The notes beneath the pieces are model-generated. The model did no database searches, was not told the DNA's origin, and worked only from the letters and a program-made list of their open reading frames with translations. From Candidatus Binatia bacterium (GTDB lineage: Bacteria > Methylomirabilota > Methylomirabilia > Rokubacteriales > CSP1-6), in the NCBI GenBank assembly GCA_035544455.1, contig DATKEI010000078.1:1-39827 (forward strand): a stretch of DNA of 39,827 nucleotides. Direction: 5' to 3'. Made by a program: the position numbers and the translations under genes. Below are positions 35,401 through 39,827 of the stretch, piece by piece. Each line of letters starts with the position of its first letter. Positions within the stretch are counted from its first letter, which is position 1.

Positions 35401-36129
35401 CTACCTCGGGCTTGAGGGCCAGGCGGGGGACCCCCCTGGCGACGGCTGGGCGGGGCCCGGGCCGGGCGGGGGCAGCAGGCCCGCGCCCACCCGGTAGGAC
35501 GCGAGCTGCTCCTCGAACTGGGCGGCGCCGCGCCGGCCGGCCCACTTCACGTGAAAGCCGACCTCCGGCGCGAACCAGTACTCGTCGGCGTCCCCCGCCG
35601 CACCTTCTCGCACGACCTTCATGGCCTCGAAGCGCCCCGCCGGCACCTCCACCACCTCGGGGCCCAAGATGGTGAACGTGTCCACAACCTCGCGCTGGCC
35701 GGAGCGATCCTCGTAGGTGCCGCGATGCTTCCACCGGCGGCCGGCCTCCATGGGCCACATGAACAGGGGCTGCGGCGGGGTCATGCGCGACTCGACGGTG
35801 TCCCGCCTCAGGGTGCCCACCAGGTGGAGGTCGCGGGTGTAGAGGTGGTCGACCTCGCCGATGCGGAGCACGTAGAGCGGGGTGGAGCCGAACATCCGCA
35901 CCTCGACCATCTCGACGGTGCGGGTGCCCCGGTCGGCGCCGAAGGTCCAGTCGAACGTCCAGCGGTCGCCCGGTCGCCACTCCGGCGGCGCGAGCCAGGC
36001 CGGCGCCGGCGGGCCGGCGGGGGGGAGCGTCACCGGCGCCTGCGGCGCGGCGCAGGCCGCGATTCCGAGGGCGAGGGCCCCCACGGCGGTCGATCGGCCC
36101 CAGGCCCGGAGGAACCGGCGATCCGACAT
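35401..36129 (-). CDS. Tat-type lipoprotein, unknown function
   Basis: MSDRRFLRAWGRSTAVGALALGIAAC: twin-arginine motif plus lipobox. 242 aa. Confidence 0.65.
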   Translation of the reverse strand: MSDRRFLRAWGRSTAVGALALGIAACAAPQAPVTLPPAGPPAPAWLAPPEWRPGDRWTFDWTFGADRGTRTVEMVEVRMFGSTPLYVLRIGEVDHLYTRDLHLVGTLRRDTVESRMTPPQPLFMWPMEAGRRWKHRGTYEDRSGQREVVDTFTILGPEVVEVPAGRFEAMKVVREGAAGDADEYWFAPEVGFHVKWAGRRGAAQFEEQLASYRVGAGLLPPPGPGPAQPSPGGSPAWPSSPR

Positions 36130-36195
36130 GTCGGGCGGATGATCGCACGGGGCCGCGCGAAATGGCAAGAAGCCGGACCCGCCGGGGGTCCGGCA

Positions 36196-36210
36196 TGGCA
36201 CGGGGCTGGC
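36196..36210 (+). promoter_or_regulatory. Sigma-54 (-24/-12) promoter-like motif TGGCACGGGGCTGGC
   Basis: Perfect -24 TGGCACG, correct spacing to the -12 GC. It lies 53 nt upstream of the ATG at 36263. Confidence 0.45.
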
Positions 36211-36262
36211 GGCACTGGAGGGCGCGGGCGGGATGGCCCGGCGCCGGAAGGAGGAGCGCGAG

Positions 36263-36427
36263 ATGAAGAACCTGGGGATCGTCGCGATCGCCGTCGGCAT
36301 CCTGCTGATCCTGCTCACCCTCGCCGGCGTCATCGGTCAGGAGAGCCCGCGGGTGGCCGTGATCGGCGCGGCGGTGATCCTGGTGGTCGGGATCTTCCTG
36401 TACCGGCGCCATCCCGCGGGATCGTGA
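36263..36427 (+). CDS. Small two-TM membrane protein (54 aa)
   Basis: MKNLGIVAIAVGILLILLTLAGV...VIGAAVILVVGIFLY. GGAAGGAGGAG RBS. Confidence 0.5.
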   Translation: MKNLGIVAIAVGILLILLTLAGVIGQESPRVAVIGAAVILVVGIFLYRRHPAGS

Positions 36428-36442
36428 CGGCGAGACGCCGTC
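36426..36442 (+). terminator. Hairpin GACGGCG-aga-CGCCGTC overlapping the stop codon
   Basis: 7-bp stem read directly. No U-tract. Confidence 0.3.
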
Positions 36443-36588
36443 CCGCGGGCGGGAGGGGCGGGCCCGGGCGCCGCGAGGCCCTTCGCGCATTCCCGCCCGA
36501 CGGGCGCGGGCCCGAGCACGGGCCGGGATGAGGGGAGCGGCGCGCGGGTGAGGGATGATCCCGCCTCGGGCGCCATGGGGGAGTCGTC

Positions 36589-37121
36589 ATGAAACTGCCG
36601 GTCGACGTCTCGAAGCATCTGCACTGGCTGCTGAGCGCGCTCGGGACCGTCCCCGAGGTGGTTTGGGTGGCGGCGGTGGCGGGGCCGCGGCCTGGGCGTT
36701 GTCCCGGAGGATCGAGGGGTCCCTGCACCACCGGGACGCCGCCCTGGCCGAGACCATGCACCGCGCCCTGGACGAGCGCGACCAGCGGCTGGCCTACACC
36801 CTGACCGACCATCGCCACCAGATCGTCCACCTGATCGAGCGCGCCGTGGCGCGCTTCGAGGAGACGGCGCGCATCCACCACGGGACCCTGCCCGAGGGCT
36901 CCCCCGCCGTGCCCATCCCCGAGGGAAACCTCGACCTGGACGAGAAGCTCCACCTGTGGGCGCACCGGACGGCGGAGACCCTCGGAGCCTGGCTGGCCGA
37001 TCATCCGCGCGAGGCCCGCGCCTGGCGCCTCATCAACCCGGACGGCTTCCGCCTCTGGGCGGCGCGCCTCACGCCGGGGGCGCTCCGCCGGATCTGGCCC
37101 GAGGACTTCGCAGCCACCTGA
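36589..37121 (+). pseudogene. Hypothetical membrane-anchored protein split by an apparent frameshift at the G4 run 36681-36684 (pseudogene or sequencing error)
   Basis: ATG 36589 has a GGGGGAG RBS and encodes MKLPVDVSKHLHWLLSALGTVPEVVWVAAVAG. One extra G would join it to AAAWALSRRIEGSLHH... in the 36555-37121 frame. Confidence 0.4.
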
Positions 37122-37297
37122 TTCCCAGCGGGGCTGCCAGCCCGGGACAGCCGGCACATGTACGGGGGCGCCGGCGGGGGCCCCTCCCTGCCGCCACCCG
37201 GCTCTCGAGGCCCTGCCCATGGGCCGCGGCGACCGCCCGCCGCCCCCGGGCGAGCGGCCGCCTCGCCCCCGGACGAGGCCCGGACCGCGGCTGCCGC

Positions 37298-37630
37298 TCA
37301 GCGCTCGGGCTGGACGACCGCCCCCCGGATGTCCTGGCCCGTGGCCACCCACTCGCCCCCGCATCCGCCGATCACCAGCTTGGCGGCATCGCCGTACTGG
37401 GTGCCGAGGGTCACGGCCATGGTGACGGTCCAGAGAACGATGCTCCCCACGCAGGTGACGAACTTCCCGGGCGCGGTGAAGAGAATATCGCCGGCGATGG
37501 CGAGCGCTGCCGCCTCCTCGCCGCTGGGCGGGTCGGGATACACGGCCTGCTCGCTCCAGGCGCCATGGGTCAGGGGGCCGAGGAAGACCAGCGCGGCCAG
37601 CAGCAAGCACTGCCCTCGAGCGCGATTCAT
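37298..37630 (-). CDS. Small secreted hypothetical protein (110 aa)
   Basis: Signal-peptide-like MNRARGQCLLLAALVFLGPLTHGA. Ordinary amino-acid composition afterwards. Confidence 0.5.
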   Translation of the reverse strand: MNRARGQCLLLAALVFLGPLTHGAWSEQAVYPDPPSGEEAAALAIAGDILFTAPGKFVTCVGSIVLWTVTMAVTLGTQYGDAAKLVIGGCGGEWVATGQDIRGAVVQPER

Positions 37631-37848
37631 GGGTTCGCCCTCCCGGCCCCGAGGCTACCCGCAGGGGTTGCTGTCGGAGCCATCCCGGCGGTGACGGCGA
37701 CACGGGCGGCCGCTGCCGGCCGCCGCTCGTGCGAGCACACTATCGGCGGGTGGCGGCCCGGTCAAGGGCCGGGACGGCGCGCTCGGCGCGGGCCGTACAC
37801 CCCCTCTGACCCGGACCGTGTGCGCTCCAGAGGCCCCCATCACCCTTG

Positions 37849-37882
37849 GCCCTCTCCCTCGGCGAGCGGCGAGGGAGAGGGC
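37849..37882. repeat. REP-like hairpin GCCCTCTCCCTCG-N8-CGAGGGAGAGGGC
   Basis: 13-bp perfect arms. Shares the CCCTCTCCC/GGGAGAGGG core with 15335-15369. Confidence 0.8.
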
Positions 37883-38036
37883 GGGGCTTCCTTCGCCCCC
37901 GCAGGGGTCGGAATGAGGGGGAGCGTCGCCCGCGCCCGGCGGGCTCGCGGATGGGTCGGGCGGAAACGGTGCCGGGCCCGGGACGGCCGCCGCTCGCGGA
38001 GGGGTGCGGAAGGCGGGCGCCTGCGAGGGGACCGGG

Positions 38037-38636
38037 TCAGAGCGCCTCGATGGCGTTGCTCCGCTCTGTCAGCGAGAGCATCTCCGGCTCCGACGCGTCG
38101 GCTCCGACCTCCAGGCCGCTGCTCTCGACGAAGTCCACGCCGGCCACCGTGATGGCCCAGCCGTCGTCGCTCGCCTCGATGAACTTCTTGCCGCGCAGGT
38201 ACCAGAGCGTGAACTGGGCCTCGTCCACGGAGCACCCGAGCAGCTCGATGATCACCAGGAGCGAGAGCCCGGGCTGGCTCGGCCGGTTTCGGCGCATGTT
38301 GTAGAGGGCCTGGAGGAGACCCTGTCGCTGCGCCCGGTGGTCGTCCGGATGGCGCGGCCGCGCGGGCTCCTGCGAGTCCGGAGGCTCCGCGGCTTCCTTG
38401 CCGTGGCCGTTGCCGCCGCCGCCCCGCTCGCGGTCGTAGGCGGCGCGCCGCCGCGGATCGGTCAGCACCTTCGCCGCCTCGGCCACCTCCCTGAAGCGAT
38501 CGACGTCGCCGGTGGCCCGGTTGTCGGGGTGGTAGAGGGCGGCCAGCAGCCGGTAGGCCTTGACGATGACCATGGGGTGAGCGCGAGGGCTCACCTGGAG
38601 AACCTCGTAGTAGTCGACAAGCTCGGGCCCGGCCAT
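38037..38636 (-). CDS. J-domain (DnaJ-like) protein with an unrelated C-terminal domain
   Basis: DYYEVLQVSPRA...AYRLLAALYHPDN (HPD motif). Gly-rich linker. GAGGAGGAGAG RBS. Confidence 0.85.
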   Translation of the reverse strand: MAGPELVDYYEVLQVSPRAHPMVIVKAYRLLAALYHPDNRATGDVDRFREVAEAAKVLTDPRRRAAYDRERGGGGNGHGKEAAEPPDSQEPARPRHPDDHRAQRQGLLQALYNMRRNRPSQPGLSLLVIIELLGCSVDEAQFTLWYLRGKKFIEASDDGWAITVAGVDFVESSGLEVGADASEPEMLSLTERSNAIEAL

Positions 38637-38716
38637 GGCGTCCTCTCTCCTCCTCGCGGTGCGGTTCGCGCCGCCCTCGCGCGGCCCCCGCGATCGACCT
38701 CTTCTCTGCCGTCACT

Positions 38717-38740
38717 CGCGCATGCAGATATGCAAGCGCG
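38717..38740. promoter_or_regulatory. AT-centred inverted repeat CGCGCATGCA-gata-TGCAAGCGCG upstream of the J-domain gene
   Basis: Arms complementary at 9 of 10 positions. Contains the 12-mer ATGCAGATATGC, whose reverse complement recurs at 19356-19367. Confidence 0.4.
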
Positions 38741-38962
38741 GGGCCGGCGGGTCGCGCCGGAAAAGCAACCTGTTGTCGGCTGGAAGCCGGCCGGGCCGGC
38801 TACACGGGTCGAGGCCCCCCGACACGCCTCGAGGACCGGGCTCCCGTGCGACACCCCGGCCGCAGGCCGGATGGTCGCGTCGCGGAGGACCGCGTCCCGG
38901 ACGGGGTGGCCGGCCGCCGGGCCCGGAGCGGGAGGCTCGCGCCTCTCCGAGCCGCGGCCGGG

Positions 38963-39271
38963 TCAGCGGGCGTCTCGATCCCCGCGGCCCCGGGGGCTCC
39001 CGGCGTCGTCCGGTTCCCCGGGCCCGGGACTGGCCCCGGTGAGGTGATCGGCGATGATCTGCACCTCGCGCGCGATGACGCGCAGGCGCTCGCACACGAC
39101 CACCAGCAGCAGGCCGATCCCTACCAGCATTGCCAGGCTGAGAGGGTCGAAGGCAGGCCAGGACCGGTGGACGGAGTACAGCAGTCCGATCACCACCACC
39201 AGCGCGCCCGCGACGAAGAACACCTCGGTGATGGCCGGCTCGCCGCGCCGCCGCGGCGTCTGGTGCGTCAT
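38963..39271 (-). CDS. Small two-TM membrane protein (102 aa)
   Basis: Starts MTHQTPRRRGEPAITEVFFVAGALVVVIGLLY...LAMLVGIGLLLVVV. Weak RBS, start uncertain. Confidence 0.45.
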   Translation of the reverse strand: MTHQTPRRRGEPAITEVFFVAGALVVVIGLLYSVHRSWPAFDPLSLAMLVGIGLLLVVVCERLRVIAREVQIIADHLTGASPGPGEPDDAGSPRGRGDRDAR

Positions 39272-39454
39272 GGCCCGGACCCGGCTACGTTCATGGTGGC
39301 TCCTCGGCGGGAAACGAGAGATCGACAACCCGGTCGCCCTCGCCGCGGCAATACGGGACCCGGTGCGGCAAGCTCCAGGGGCTGCGTCCCGTTGCGACAC
39401 GGCGAGCCGACGAGCGTTGTCGCGGCAGCCGCCAGTATACAGGCCGGCGGGGGA

Positions 39455-39655
39455 TCACGGCGGCACGCCTTGCCCGGCGAGCGCCCGCCCCTCGTCGAGC
39501 AGGGCGCGGGCGAACGCGCCGCCCCGCCGGGCCAGGGACCGTACCTCGGACTCGCTGCAGGCGATCACGTCGCACCCGATCCCGATGCCTTCGAACTCCC
39601 GGCGGAGATCGCCCAGGCGCTCCGGAAACGCCGCAGCGCCGTCCCGGACCATCAC
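39455..39655 (-). CDS. Nucleotidyltransferase-domain-like ORF, probably truncated or degraded
   Basis: (A)DLLVMV...GIGCDVIACSESEVRSLARRGGAFARALLDEGRAL resembles the C-terminal two-thirds of MNT-type nucleotidyltransferases. The upstream in-frame sequence lacks a clear GS...DxD motif. Confidence 0.3.
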   Translation of the reverse strand: MMVRDGAAAFPERLGDLRREFEGIGIGCDVIACSESEVRSLARRGGAFARALLDEGRALAGQGVPP

Positions 39656-39827
39656 GAGGAGATCGGCGGCGCGGGCGGGGCATCGCCCGGCGCGAGCGAA
39701 CCGAAGGGCCGCACATCGGCCACATCGGGGCGGCGTTCCACGACCGCCTGTGCCCGCTCGTGCAGATAGCCCCCTTCGACGGACGCCAGGGGCCGCCTCC
39801 GCGGCCGCGACGGCGCGCTCCGCGCCG

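Overview
This is a very GC-rich window (about 70% or more by eye, not computed), probably chromosomal DNA from a diderm bacterium: a secretin, lipoproteins and a sigma-54 activator are present. I found no rRNA, tRNA, CRISPR array, transposase or integrase. Layout: (1) 0.2-12.7 kb holds metabolic genes: HMG-CoA lyase, MBL-fold hydrolase, penicillin-acylase family Ntn hydrolase, Zn-alcohol dehydrogenase, hydantoinase, and a minus-strand operon of CoA-transferase, enoyl-CoA hydratase and acyl-CoA dehydrogenase. One odd ORF here carries a RecA C-terminal-domain-like segment. (2) 12.8-19.1 kb holds a DUF2339-like polytopic membrane protein, periplasmic Cu/Zn SOD, an AAA+ ATPase and a PAS/sigma-54 enhancer-binding protein. 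(3) 20.1-35.4 kb holds a complete Tad/Flp (type IVc) pilus locus: flp, tadE, cpaB, an extra secretin-N-domain protein, cpaC, cpaE/tadZ, cpaF/tadA, tadB and tadC. Five non-canonical genes follow (secreted orphan, Cys-rich TadG-like, lipoprotein, an 896-aa TonB-like Pro/Ala-rich protein, and a Tat-signal TPR-retropepsin fusion), then a convergent prepilin peptidase. (4) 35.4-39.8 kb holds small membrane or secreted proteins, a J-domain protein and a degraded nucleotidyltransferase-like ORF. The signals most worth follow-up are listed next. First, the unexplained accessory module of the Tad locus. Second, a family of about 100-220 bp long-hairpin MITE-like repeats with 16-19 bp terminal inverted repeats, five or more copies, all within the first 15.3 kb. 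Third, two -24/-12 sigma-54 promoter-like motifs. Fourth, a 12-mer AT-rich motif shared by two regulatory regions. Fifth, a perfect 15-bp tandem repeat and a 12-bp-stem hairpin inside the tad operon. Sixth, two candidate homopolymer frameshifts. Many very long ORFs in the six-frame track are GC-driven shadow ORFs and were rejected.
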